NCBI GenBank assembly: GCA_016193485.1
Contig: JACPRZ010000064.1
Coordinates: 52,357-116,356, forward strand
Length of the DNA: 64,000 bases
Source of the DNA: Bacteroidota bacterium
Lineage (GTDB): Bacteria; Bacteroidota; Bacteroidia; JACPRZ01
Reading direction: 5' to 3'
The stretch's first letter is position 1. Each line of letters opens with the position of its first letter. Under the pieces are notes generated by a model, which did not search any database, was not told the DNA's origin, and was given only the letters and a program-made list of their open reading frames with translations. The position numbers and the translations under genes were made by a program. Below are positions 1-9,820 of the stretch, one piece after another.

Positions 1-1308
1 GACGAGAAAGTGCTGCCGTATTTCATTGATTGGTTCGTTGAGAATGTAGTGGTAGTCGAAATTATTGCGTATTCGGATGAAAATGCATACACTATTTTTG
101 AAACGATGAATGACCGTGGGTTGAATCTCTCACACACGGAAATGCTTAAAGGATTTGTGCTCTCAAAAATCACCGACAAAAAACAGCGACTTGAAATTAA
201 CGAACTGTGGAGAGAAGAAGTACAAAAACTGCATCAAATTGAGGAGACAACAGATTTAAGTTTTTTTCAGGCATGGTTCAGGGGTAAGTATGCAGTTAGC
301 ATCAGACCGGGGAAAGCAGGAGCTGAGGACCAGGATTTTGAACTTATCGGTTCACGATTTCATAACTGGTTCAAAGAAAATCACAAAACCATTTTTAAAC
401 TTAATGACTCAGATAGTTTTTACAACTTCTTCAAAAATCAATTTCCGTTTTATGTGAAATGGTATTTGAATTGTTTGGGTGCTCAGGCGAAATATGATGA
501 AACTCTTCCGCATCTCAATTATATTTATTACTTGGGAATTGCTGAATCATTACAAATGCCTTTACTTCTTTCGCCAGTGAATTTTGGTGACAATGATGAA
601 ACCATTCAGAAGAAACTTGATTCAGTTGCACGATACATAGAGACCTTTACAGTAAGAAGAAGTGTCAACTTCAGAAAGTTCGGGCAGACAGCTATTAAAT
701 ACACAATGTTCAATGTCATCAAGGAAATCAGGAATAACGACCTTGAAAAACTTTTTGCAAATCTTTCCGATGAAGTTGACAACATCACTGAAAAATGGGA
801 CGGAGTTTGGGATTTTCAGTTACATGGAATGAACAGAAAATTTGTAAAGCATTTGCTTTCGCGAATTTCAAGTTACATTGATAATCTTATTGGTAAAGAC
901 ACAACTTATGTTACTTATCACCATCCAAACGGAAGGCAATTTGAAATTGAACATATTTGGGCTGATAAGTTCAAGCAACACAAGGATGAGTTTGATCAGG
1001 AAAATGATTTTCATGACTGGCGGAATTCTGTTGGCGCATTGATTCTATTGCCCAACGGAACAAATCAATCTTTTCTCAGCGACAAGTATGAAGATAAGTT
1101 GGAGCATTACCTGAAAGAAAATACCTATGCACAAACATTGCACCCGAAATTTTACAGCAAGAATCCAAACTTCCTGAAATCAGATACTGTTCAGCAATTG
1201 AAATTCAAACCGCATCCGCATTTTAAAAAAGATGATATTGGTGACAGACAAAAATTGGTTCAAAGAATTTGCGAGCATTTATGGTCAAAAGATTATTTTA
1301 CAGTTTAG
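1..1308 (+). CDS. DUF262/DUF1524 (GmrSD-like, type IV restriction/SspE-like) nuclease, 5'-truncated by the window edge
   Basis: Frame is open from base 1. DUF262 motif AYTIFETMNDRGLNLS; C-terminal HNH-type EIEHIW...NSVGALILLP..TN motif. Confidence 0.85.
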   Translation, partial: DEKVLPYFIDWFVENVVVVEIIAYSDENAYTIFETMNDRGLNLSHTEMLKGFVLSKITDKKQRLEINELWREEVQKLHQIEETTDLSFFQAWFRGKYAVSIRPGKAGAEDQDFELIGSRFHNWFKENHKTIFKLNDSDSFYNFFKNQFPFYVKWYLNCLGAQAKYDETLPHLNYIYYLGIAESLQMPLLLSPVNFGDNDETIQKKLDSVARYIETFTVRRSVNFRKFGQTAIKYTMFNVIKEIRNNDLEKLFANLSDEVDNITEKWDGVWDFQLHGMNRKFVKHLLSRISSYIDNLIGKDTTYVTYHHPNGRQFEIEHIWADKFKQHKDEFDQENDFHDWRNSVGALILLPNGTNQSFLSDKYEDKLEHYLKENTYAQTLHPKFYSKNPNFLKSDTVQQLKFKPHPHFKKDDIGDRQKLVQRICEHLWSKDYFTV

Positions 1309-1351
1309 GACGAAAGAAAAGTTTAATCTTTCCCGATATTAAAAGCAGATA

Positions 1352-3238
1352 ATGTATTTATCAAAAATATCAATAAAGAATTTTAGAGGCATTAAAGAAC
1401 TTGATGTTGAATTTGCGCCTGACCTTAATATCATAATCGGAGAGAACGGCAGTTGTAAATCTGCTTTGATTGATGCAATTAAGGTTTTATATAATTTGGG
1501 AAGAGAACAAAAAGATATTTATGTTAATTCTCCTGATTTTTATTTGGGGTCATCTGTTATTGAATTTGTATATGAATTCAGAGGACTTTCCAATGAGCAG
1601 AAGGGTGCCCTTTACGAGTGTATGGTCGTTGCTGAAAAAGAAGATGATGATTATGCAAAAATAACTTTGAATTACAAATTAGAGAAAGACAAAGCTAATC
1701 GCACTTATTACACAGGTGAAATAGAGGGGCAAAGAGCGGATATCAATGTTTTTAAATTACTTCAGCATTATTATTTGGGTGCCTTAAGAGATAGCTCAAA
1801 GGATTTATTAAATACAAAAGTCAATATTCTTGGTGGGTTAATAAAAAGGTTAATTGAGAAAAACAGTTCTGAGAAGGAATTTGAGGAACTAATAACTAAA
1901 ACCAATAAAGAATTATTATCAAAAAAGGAAGTAACAAGTGCTCGAGATAATATAAATAAAAATCTGAATGAAATTTTTAAAAAATATCCGGAAAACCAAG
2001 TCGGTCTTTCAATCGAACAGTCCAAAGTTGAATATATTGTTAATCTGATAAAACCTTTTTTACCTCACGACAAAGTAACATTAGAAGGCGATGGGTTTTC
2101 AATATGGCAAAATAGTTTAGGGCTCAATAATCTTATCTACATCGCGACAATTCTTGGAGATGTCAGTCAAAGGATGCAAGATGATATAAATGCACACTTT
2201 GCGTTGCTGATTGAAGAACCCGAAGCACATTTACACCCGCAGTTACAATTAAACTTGTATAATTTTTTGAAGGAGACGAATCAAACAAAAAATAGTCAGC
2301 TCTTCATTACAACTCATTCTCCCACACTTACATCAAAAGTACCTTTAGAAAATTTAATTCTGCTTGATAAACTTTCTTACAGAATCAGTAACTGTTTTAC
2401 AAATCGGGACGATGAAGGAATTATTGAAAATGTAAAAACGAATCAAAAACTCGTAGAGCAAAATTTTCAGATAATCAGCAAGAAACTGGAAAGGTATATT
2501 GATGTCACAAAATCTCAGCTATTTTTTGCAAGAGGCATATTAATCGTTGAAGGGATTTCCGAAGAGCTTTTGATTTCCGCATTTGCAGAAGTTATAGGAT
2601 ATAGGTTGGAAGATTATAGAATTGAACTTGTAAATGCGGATGGTACATCTTTTAGCCCATTCTTATTTTTATTTAACTCTTCAGAAGAAAAAATACGATT
2701 GCCCAAAAAAGTTACCATATTAACAGATGACGACAGATTTACCCAGTCAAAGAAATCAGAATTCTCGTTTGATAAATTATTTGCAAATAATTATGAAAAG
2801 CTGAATGACTTATTTAGCGGGATATGGGGCGGGAAATCCTCTACAAGAATTGACAATTTAAATTCTGTAAAAAACAGCCAATTTCAAATACAAATTGAAA
2901 GTGCATTTAAGACATTTGAATTTGAAATTGCATTGTGGAGTACGCCAGATGATAGGCGTAATCTGTTATCAAGTTTTTTTATTAGGTACCTTAATGAAAT
3001 TGTTAAAGACAAAATTAATAAAATTATAGAGTATACAAAAACATTTCAAGAGGATAAAATGTCAGAGGAAGAAAGGTATAAGGTCGCACTTCTTTTGTGG
3101 AAGGCGTTGCCATCAAAATCTGAATTCGCACAAGATTTTTCATTCTATATTTCACAAAATATGACTACTGCAATAAAAGAATATAGAGATAGGATTCCGA
3201 ACTATATCATCAAAGGGTTAAAGCATCTTTCCGAATAA
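1352..3238 (+). CDS. gajA: OLD-family ATP-dependent nuclease (ABC ATPase + TOPRIM), Gabija GajA-like
   Basis: IKNFRGI, Walker A GENGSCKS, Walker B LLIEEPEAHLHP, TTHSP, TOPRIM VEGISEE and LTDDD. Coupled to a UvrD gene by a TAATG overlap. Confidence 0.85.
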   Translation: MYLSKISIKNFRGIKELDVEFAPDLNIIIGENGSCKSALIDAIKVLYNLGREQKDIYVNSPDFYLGSSVIEFVYEFRGLSNEQKGALYECMVVAEKEDDDYAKITLNYKLEKDKANRTYYTGEIEGQRADINVFKLLQHYYLGALRDSSKDLLNTKVNILGGLIKRLIEKNSSEKEFEELITKTNKELLSKKEVTSARDNINKNLNEIFKKYPENQVGLSIEQSKVEYIVNLIKPFLPHDKVTLEGDGFSIWQNSLGLNNLIYIATILGDVSQRMQDDINAHFALLIEEPEAHLHPQLQLNLYNFLKETNQTKNSQLFITTHSPTLTSKVPLENLILLDKLSYRISNCFTNRDDEGIIENVKTNQKLVEQNFQIISKKLERYIDVTKSQLFFARGILIVEGISEELLISAFAEVIGYRLEDYRIELVNADGTSFSPFLFLFNSSEEKIRLPKKVTILTDDDRFTQSKKSEFSFDKLFANNYEKLNDLFSGIWGGKSSTRIDNLNSVKNSQFQIQIESAFKTFEFEIALWSTPDDRRNLLSSFFIRYLNEIVKDKINKIIEYTKTFQEDKMSEEERYKVALLLWKALPSKSEFAQDFSFYISQNMTTAIKEYRDRIPNYIIKGLKHLSE

Positions 3239-4992
3239 TGGATTTTGAACTTACAAAAGAAAGGGAAGTATATATTGATGCCACCGGCAAAGTTATTTTG
3301 AATGCCTGTCCGGGAAGTGGAAAAACCACAACTATCGGGTACAAACTTGCTAAACTTACGAAAGATTGGAAAAAAAATAATTATCATTATTGCGGCATCG
3401 CGTGTTTGTCTTTTACAAATGTTGCAAAGGAGGAAATACATAAAAAATACAAAGAAGTAACCCAAACATCACTTTCTCATCCTCATCTTGTTTCCACGAT
3501 AGACAGTTTTATCAACACTTATATTACGCTTCCCTATTATCAATATTTAATAAAAGCAAAAATTCGTCCTACAATTTTTGACTACAGTGAATTTAATGAA
3601 ACGCTTTATAATCAGAAATGGATTATGAACTATAGAAATAATAAGAAACAACCATTATTTTATTTTTACCCACCTGGCAATTTTCACTTTTCAATTAATG
3701 GCGATTTCAATTTGCCATATCAATACAATCAAACTGATGTTTCAAAAGATGTATTTGAAAAATATCGCTCTGCGATTTTTAAATGGATTGTTAGTAATGG
3801 AAATTTAAAGGTAGGCGATTCGGCATATTTTTCGCTTCAAATTTTAAAATCATTTACCCGGATTGCTCAATGGTTAGCAAAAAGGTTCCCACATATCATC
3901 ATAGACGAAGCTCAGGATACTTCAGAAATTCAGCACACCATCATTGGTGTTTTGTTAGAAAACGGATTGAACAATGTTGAACTAATCGGTGACCCATATC
4001 AGGCAGTTTATGAATGGCGTGAAGCAAGACCAGATTTATTTTTAAAAAAGTTTGAAGATGTTAAAAATTGGAAACCCTTGTATTTAAATCAAAGCAGGCG
4101 TTCAAGTCAAAATATTGTAAATTATTTTAGCGTACTGAGAAAAAATACCGACCCACCAATTTCAGCAATAAATCAAGATTGTCTAATTCCATTAAAGGTA
4201 TATAAATACCAAAATGGAAAAATAAATGACATTGTACCAAAGTATGAAAGCTATTTAAAAGAATTAGGACTAAAAAAAAATCAGATTGTGGTTAGGGGTA
4301 ACGCGCTTAAAGATAAACTGCTCGGGAAAAAAGGAGATGCTGAACCTTGGAAATCACCTCTACCGTACCAAATAATAAATTCTAAAAATCAATTTGATGG
4401 AAAAGCAATAAAGAATGCAATAAATCAAATAAGAAAAATTTATATTGATCTTCAATTTCCTGACATGGATTACAAGATGAGGAAAGAAAAAGAATCGGAA
4501 TTAACGATTGATAGTTCTATTAATGCTATCCTTTTTAATGTGCTTAAAAATTTACCAAGTTTTAATTATACAATTTCCGATTGGAGCAACCAAACACAGT
4601 TATACATAAAGGAAAAATTCTCTTTAAGCAATTCAATTGATTTCCAAATAAAACAAAGAAAATCTTCTAGGTTCAATCCGGAAATTTTAAACGAGCAAAT
4701 TAAATTGCATTTTCATAGAGCAGTGGCAACTTATGAAACACCCATAACAACAATTCATCAAGTTAAAGGAATGACCTTTGACTCACTCTTATTTATATTA
4801 AATGAAAAATCACACAAGGAAAATATTACTTTCAGCGATATTATCGGTACAGACATCTTTCCTGAAGAGAAACAAAGATTAATTTATGTCGCAATGTCAA
4901 GACCAAGATATTTGCTTGCACTTGGAGTTCCTGAAACTGTATCCGATGAGGAAATAAAAAGAAAATTTGGAGATAATATTTCAATCGAATAA
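3238..4992 (+). CDS. gajB: UvrD-like SF1 helicase, Gabija GajB-like
   Basis: ACPGSGKTT, LSFTN, IIDEAQD, GDPYQAVY, TIHQVKG, YVAMSR motifs; directly follows the OLD nuclease. Confidence 0.85.
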   Translation: MDFELTKEREVYIDATGKVILNACPGSGKTTTIGYKLAKLTKDWKKNNYHYCGIACLSFTNVAKEEIHKKYKEVTQTSLSHPHLVSTIDSFINTYITLPYYQYLIKAKIRPTIFDYSEFNETLYNQKWIMNYRNNKKQPLFYFYPPGNFHFSINGDFNLPYQYNQTDVSKDVFEKYRSAIFKWIVSNGNLKVGDSAYFSLQILKSFTRIAQWLAKRFPHIIIDEAQDTSEIQHTIIGVLLENGLNNVELIGDPYQAVYEWREARPDLFLKKFEDVKNWKPLYLNQSRRSSQNIVNYFSVLRKNTDPPISAINQDCLIPLKVYKYQNGKINDIVPKYESYLKELGLKKNQIVVRGNALKDKLLGKKGDAEPWKSPLPYQIINSKNQFDGKAIKNAINQIRKIYIDLQFPDMDYKMRKEKESELTIDSSINAILFNVLKNLPSFNYTISDWSNQTQLYIKEKFSLSNSIDFQIKQRKSSRFNPEILNEQIKLHFHRAVATYETPITTIHQVKGMTFDSLLFILNEKSHKENITFSDIIGTDIFPEEKQRLIYVAMSRPRYLLALGVPETVSDEEIKRKFGDNISIE

Positions 4993-5118
4993 ATTCTTGT
5001 TTTATTATGGGCTTAATGACCACAGTTAGATGTTTCATTACGGATTTACCCGTTAATAATATTTCCTGTGTGCTTATTTTATCATTCGTTAATGGTTTTT
5101 TCATTTATTTTTTTACTC

Positions 5119-5126
5119 TATCTTTG
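5119..5126 (+). promoter_or_regulatory. Bacteroidota -7 promoter element (TAnnTTTG) for the radical SAM/ABC operon
   Basis: TATCTTTG about 50 nt upstream of the ATG at 5177. Confidence 0.6.
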
Positions 5127-5176
5127 CCCCCTGAAAAACAATGACATGGTTTTGAAGTTTTGACTAAATAATCTCA

Positions 5177-6265
5177 ATGATTGGTTCGCACATAAGGAAT
5201 AGTATCAAAGGTTGGTATTTCATAGCCAAAGAATTGCAGGAATCAGTTGCAACTGGGCAAATGCTTAATCCTTCTATTGACCTGTCAAACGCCTGCAATC
5301 TCAATTGCCCATACTGTTACATTGAGGAAAAAAATTCCATTCGCAAACACCGTAAAGCAAACGAACTTTCATTTGAGGAGACATTGAAAGTAATTGACGA
5401 GTTGGCGGATTGCGGAGCAAGAACGATAAACTTAGTTGGTGCGGGTGAGCCAACAGTTGACCAACATTTTGGTGACATCGTTAAGCACATACACAGCAAA
5501 GGTATCACTACCGTTCTTTTTACAAACGGAATTCTTTTGGCAAACAAACCTGACAAAATTGATTTCTTGTTCAAGCATGATGTAAGTGTTATCTTGAAGT
5601 ATAACGCAATTTCATCCGAGATTCAGGATTTAGTAGCTGGCAAGAAAGGTTACTCTGACCAAAGAAACATGGCATTGCAGATGCTTATTGAAAGAAATTT
5701 TAATAAAGAACAACCAACCCGATTGGGCATTGACATTATTGCCTTTAGTGGTAATGTAAAAGACATTCCACAGATACATCAGTGGTGCAGGGAGAATAAT
5801 ATTTTCCCGATTGCTGGTGATTATATCCCTACAGGCAGAACAGACAACGGAGTTTTCCTGGGAGATAAAACGGTATTGAATCTTACAGAAGAAGAAACCC
5901 AAAAAGCATTTGACCTTTTGCAGCCAATAAATAGTGAAGAAAGATTTTGGCTAATAAAAGAATTGGATTCTATTGACAATAAATTTGGAATACAAAGGGA
6001 CGGTTGTTTTGCATATTTCGGAGGAGCTATCTGCACACAAGCATTTGGAATTTATGTTGATATTGAAGGCAAAGTGTGGCCTTGTATAGCACGGAAGAAA
6101 AAAATAAACGGACAATTGCAAAATGGTTTATTGGGTAATGTTCGGAACAACGACAGCGTAAAGAAAATCTGGGAGGAAAATATTTATATCAAAAGTATGA
6201 AGAAAAATTTTGACGGTGGTTGTCCCTATAAACCTGTTTTGAAATTTAATAATTCAAACTTTTAG
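5177..6265 (+). CDS. Radical SAM protein with C-terminal SPASM/twitch-like domain
   Basis: CNLNCPYC (CxxxCxxC), GAGEP, FTNG; C-terminal CTQ..GIYVDIEGKVWPC...LGNV...GGCP. Confidence 0.9.
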   Translation: MIGSHIRNSIKGWYFIAKELQESVATGQMLNPSIDLSNACNLNCPYCYIEEKNSIRKHRKANELSFEETLKVIDELADCGARTINLVGAGEPTVDQHFGDIVKHIHSKGITTVLFTNGILLANKPDKIDFLFKHDVSVILKYNAISSEIQDLVAGKKGYSDQRNMALQMLIERNFNKEQPTRLGIDIIAFSGNVKDIPQIHQWCRENNIFPIAGDYIPTGRTDNGVFLGDKTVLNLTEEETQKAFDLLQPINSEERFWLIKELDSIDNKFGIQRDGCFAYFGGAICTQAFGIYVDIEGKVWPCIARKKKINGQLQNGLLGNVRNNDSVKKIWEENIYIKSMKKNFDGGCPYKPVLKFNNSNF

Positions 6266-6269
6266 TAAA

Positions 6270-7889
6270 ATGGGTAGCAAAACATTTTTTAAGAGAATTA
6301 TTGTTCCAATTCTTGCAGGTTTGGTTGTTGCCGTAGTTACTACACTTTTAGCTACCGATTATAGCGCACCAAATTATTGGTGTGACTTTTTTTCGTGGAG
6401 GACTTGTGCTTTAATTTCCTTGACAATCTTAACAATAAACATTTTTTTTGAACTACTTATAAGTAAGAAAGATTTTTATATTGCTGTTGAAGAATTAAAT
6501 AAAATATTAAACCTTACTAATAAGACCCTAAGAAACTATGCATTAAATAAGGTGCGCGAGAATTCCACAGAAATAAATTCAGACATTAACTCACTTATGA
6601 ATAGAGGTTTACCAAATCAGCCATTAAGAGAAAAATTAGAAATAGTTACTTCCATAATCAAAGATAGCAGCGATAAAATAAATAAATATTTTTCAACATC
6701 ATGCGATTTACCATCTAAATTATACAATAGGCACTACGATTTTTTTCAAGATCAAGAAAAATATTTAAAAAATGTCAAAGACAAAAGACGAATTGTTATT
6801 ATCGGTGAAGATGAGTTAGAAAAAGAAATTAAAGAGAATGGGGATATTTTGTTAAATTTTTTAGACTGGCATTGTAAAAATAATTTTAGATTGAGATTTC
6901 TGATAAATAGAAATTCTGAATTTGAAAAACAGTGTCATAACAAAATTAGTAATCAAAAGGAAAATGAAGTTCTTACAGATTTTGCAATAATTGGAAATGA
7001 TTGGGTTTATGGAGAAGTAACAAGTAAAAGGGGGGGAGGGGACAAAGCAGCTTTACTTCAAAAGATAAAAACACAGGTAGATGAAACTACCTACAGTGGA
7101 ATAATTAAGGAGTTTCAAGTCGGTGACCAAGGATATTTAAAGATATTACAAAAAAAACACCACGATATTAATACTATAAAAGAATATGAAGATTTATATG
7201 AAACATTATGGGAAGAGTGGTCAGTTGAGAAATGGGCAATGATGTCTTTAGAGCAAGTAAGATTGGATATTGTAATTAATAAATATAAAAAAAGTCCTCA
7301 TAATTCAGATAATAAGACCCATTATAAGAATCTTCAGATAGAGGAAACGAATCCTAAATGCTACAACTCAATTATAAAAATTATTAGCGAGGCTTCAAAC
7401 AACATTTATGCTGTGGATATTGTCACTCTCAAATTAGGAATTGAAGAGTGGTTAAAAAACAAGGACTATATTGATTGGATGAATGCTACAATTCAAGGAG
7501 CTAACAAAGCAATTTCTCATAGAATTTATGTATTGAAAGAACCTGTTTTTGATTTACTTACCCAGCAAAATTTACTTAGTAAAGTTTTCAAAAACCAACA
7601 AGCAAATAAAGTTAAGATATATTTAACAAATGGGAAAGAACTCATAAAGAAAAATATTCCAATTTACGACTTTTGTTTGGTTGATAATAAGTTATGTTTT
7701 GGTCTTGAATGGAAAGAGATTTTTTCACCGAATACTGTATCTATTGATAAGAATTTACTTCATCCAGATTTATTTGACAGGATGGAAAACACATTTAATC
7801 AAGTTAAAAAAAGTAATTTCACTCAGGCAATTGCTAATAAGACCGATGAACAAATACTTCATTTTCTACAAACATTGGAATGGAAATAA
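6270..7889 (+). CDS. Membrane-anchored protein (2 N-terminal TM segments) with two tandem degenerate PLD-fold/DUF6879-like domains
   Basis: Two hydrophobic N-terminal segments. Two copies of an R-I-hydrophobic ... DF(A/C)(I/L)(I/V)(G/D)N pattern: RRIVII...LTDFAIIGND and HRIYVL...IYDFCLVDNK. The domain call is pattern-based. Confidence 0.55.
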   Translation: MGSKTFFKRIIVPILAGLVVAVVTTLLATDYSAPNYWCDFFSWRTCALISLTILTINIFFELLISKKDFYIAVEELNKILNLTNKTLRNYALNKVRENSTEINSDINSLMNRGLPNQPLREKLEIVTSIIKDSSDKINKYFSTSCDLPSKLYNRHYDFFQDQEKYLKNVKDKRRIVIIGEDELEKEIKENGDILLNFLDWHCKNNFRLRFLINRNSEFEKQCHNKISNQKENEVLTDFAIIGNDWVYGEVTSKRGGGDKAALLQKIKTQVDETTYSGIIKEFQVGDQGYLKILQKKHHDINTIKEYEDLYETLWEEWSVEKWAMMSLEQVRLDIVINKYKKSPHNSDNKTHYKNLQIEETNPKCYNSIIKIISEASNNIYAVDIVTLKLGIEEWLKNKDYIDWMNATIQGANKAISHRIYVLKEPVFDLLTQQNLLSKVFKNQQANKVKIYLTNGKELIKKNIPIYDFCLVDNKLCFGLEWKEIFSPNTVSIDKNLLHPDLFDRMENTFNQVKKSNFTQAIANKTDEQILHFLQTLEWK

Positions 7890-7919
7890 TTTTTATTAAT
7901 AATTAATAAATTAAGTCAA

Positions 7920-8906
7920 ATGAAAATTAAAAAAATAATTAACTCAATTTTTATTGTTGCTTCAATTGCAACATTGGTGATTCAACAGTCATGCAACTCA
8001 AACAAAATTCCTAAAGTTGCAATCATTCAAGACAAGCCACAAGAATGGGCTGATGCTTTGAAGTTGGGCTTTACTGATGGACTTGCTGAACAAGGTTATG
8101 AAATTGGTAAAGATGTAAATGTAGTTCCCCGTTCGGGTGCAGGCGACCCTGCAACATTCAGTACCATTGCACAAAACTTTGCGAAGGGTGATTACGCAAT
8201 CATCTACACTTTGGGAACTCAATCAACGCAAGAAGTTTTCAATCTTACCAAAGACAAAAACATTTTGTTTGGTGCAGTTACCGACCCAGTGCAAGCAGGT
8301 TTTTACAAAGACAATTTGCAAACACCTTTGGCAAATATTTCAGGCACACAAGATTTGTGGCCTTACCCTGCACAGCTTGATTTGATACAGCAACTTTTTC
8401 CGAACATCAAAAAAATCGGAATCCTTTACAACTCCAGTGAAGTGAACTCTCAAATTTCAGTTGACTTTATTTCTAAGGAATGTTCAAAGAGAAATATTGA
8501 GTTGATTAAAAAAACTGTTGCACAGGAATCAGAAGTTTTGCAAGTAACAGCAGCATTGCTAAGTGAAGGAGTTGAATTGGTTTTTATTCCTGCTGACAAC
8601 ACGGCTCAAACTTCTGCATCTTCAATCATAGCGGAGTGCGACAAAAAAAATATTCCAGTGTTCACTGGTATCAGCGGAATAGTTGAAAGCGGAGCATTGG
8701 CAACGGTTGGAACAAACTACTATGAGTTGGGAAAAGTAAATGCAAAGCAAGCAGTAGTAATTTTATTTAAAGGTAAACAAGCAAAGCAAGTTCCTGTTTC
8801 CATTGCTGACAAAGGCGATATTTACATCAACATGAAAGTTGCAAATAAACTTGGTGTGAAAGTTCCTGATGCTGTTACTAAGAAAGCATTTAAAATTTAC
8901 AACTAA
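7920..8906 (+). CDS. ABC transporter substrate-binding lipoprotein (ABC_sub_bind, Trp/Tyr-transporter-like)
   Basis: Lipobox QQSC; AVTDPVQAG, NISG, IGILYNSSEVNS, IPADNT, NYYELG motifs typical of PF04392. Confidence 0.9.
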   Translation: MKIKKIINSIFIVASIATLVIQQSCNSNKIPKVAIIQDKPQEWADALKLGFTDGLAEQGYEIGKDVNVVPRSGAGDPATFSTIAQNFAKGDYAIIYTLGTQSTQEVFNLTKDKNILFGAVTDPVQAGFYKDNLQTPLANISGTQDLWPYPAQLDLIQQLFPNIKKIGILYNSSEVNSQISVDFISKECSKRNIELIKKTVAQESEVLQVTAALLSEGVELVFIPADNTAQTSASSIIAECDKKNIPVFTGISGIVESGALATVGTNYYELGKVNAKQAVVILFKGKQAKQVPVSIADKGDIYINMKVANKLGVKVPDAVTKKAFKIYN

Positions 8907-8914
8907 CTTTTATT

Positions 8915-9820
8915 TTGATTGACCTAATTCTTACATCTGTTTTAGTTGGACTATTGTATTGCCTTTTTACGATTGGGCTTTCAATATCTTTTCGTGTAAT
9001 CAATTACCCCGACTTGACATTGGAGGGAAGCGCAATTTTAGGCGGTGCATTATGCTTTAATGCACTTCATTTCGGACTTGATCCTTTTACTGCATTGCTT
9101 GTAGGTTTTGTTGGTGGAGCATTGGCGGGTGTATTCACAGGCATTTTATATCTCTATGCAAATGTGAGCAAGCTATTAAGTGGCATTATCACAACAGCAA
9201 TTTTATATTCTTTGAACATTCGCTTCTTAGGAGGTAAATCAAATGTTCGCCTCACAGATGAAAACACCGTTTTTACTTTGTTGAATCCGAGTAACGCCAG
9301 CATTCCATCCATTTTAATTTTGAGTGCATTCGTGATTCTCATTCTTTGCATTTTATTTTTTGTTTTCCGTCTGAGGGTTGGTTATTTATTGAGGATTTTA
9401 GGCGACAACGAAAAATTCATAAATACTCTTGGCAGAAATCCGAATAAATTTACTCTCATTGGATTGGGTTTGTCAAATGGAATTATCGGATTAGGCGGTG
9501 CATTAATGGTTCAATACAAAAACACTTGTGATATAAATATGAGTTTTGGGTTACTTGTTGGGGCATTAGCAGCTTTGATGTTAGGTGAATCAATTTTTTC
9601 TGCAAAATCAATTTTCAGACATTTTACTTTTAGTGTAGTTGGAACAGTTCTCTATTCCTTAGTTATTGGTTTTGTTCTTTTCAGTTGGAGTTCTGACTGG
9701 GAAAAATATGTTATGGCAAGCGATGTGAGATTATTTACAGGACTGCTTTTAATAGCTCTTGCAGTATTTACAAAATTCAAAAAGACAGGCAAAGTTTCAT
9801 TGTTTAATTCACATTGGTAA
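8915..9820 (+). CDS. ABC transporter permease (Trp/Tyr-type)
   Basis: Multi-TM; ISFRVINYPDLTLEGS and LLSGII..ILYSLNIRFLG motifs. Confidence 0.9.
   Translation: MIDLILTSVLVGLLYCLFTIGLSISFRVINYPDLTLEGSAILGGALCFNALHFGLDPFTALLVGFVGGALAGVFTGILYLYANVSKLLSGIITTAILYSLNIRFLGGKSNVRLTDENTVFTLLNPSNASIPSILILSAFVILILCILFFVFRLRVGYLLRILGDNEKFINTLGRNPNKFTLIGLGLSNGIIGLGGALMVQYKNTCDINMSFGLLVGALAALMLGESIFSAKSIFRHFTFSVVGTVLYSLVIGFVLFSWSSDWEKYVMASDVRLFTGLLLIALAVFTKFKKTGKVSLFNSHW

Noticed and set aside
5007-5145. 45-codon ORF upstream of the radical SAM gene as a RiPP precursor
   Set aside because: It overlaps the promoter, is low-complexity AT-rich and has no leader/core pattern; no convincing precursor peptide was found near either rSAM gene.
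5177-6265. Viperin or MoaA/PqqE assignment for the radical SAM protein
   Set aside because: It lacks the viperin N(Y/F)H...CNYxCxFCF signature and the MoaA/PQQ gene context; only the superfamily call is supported.
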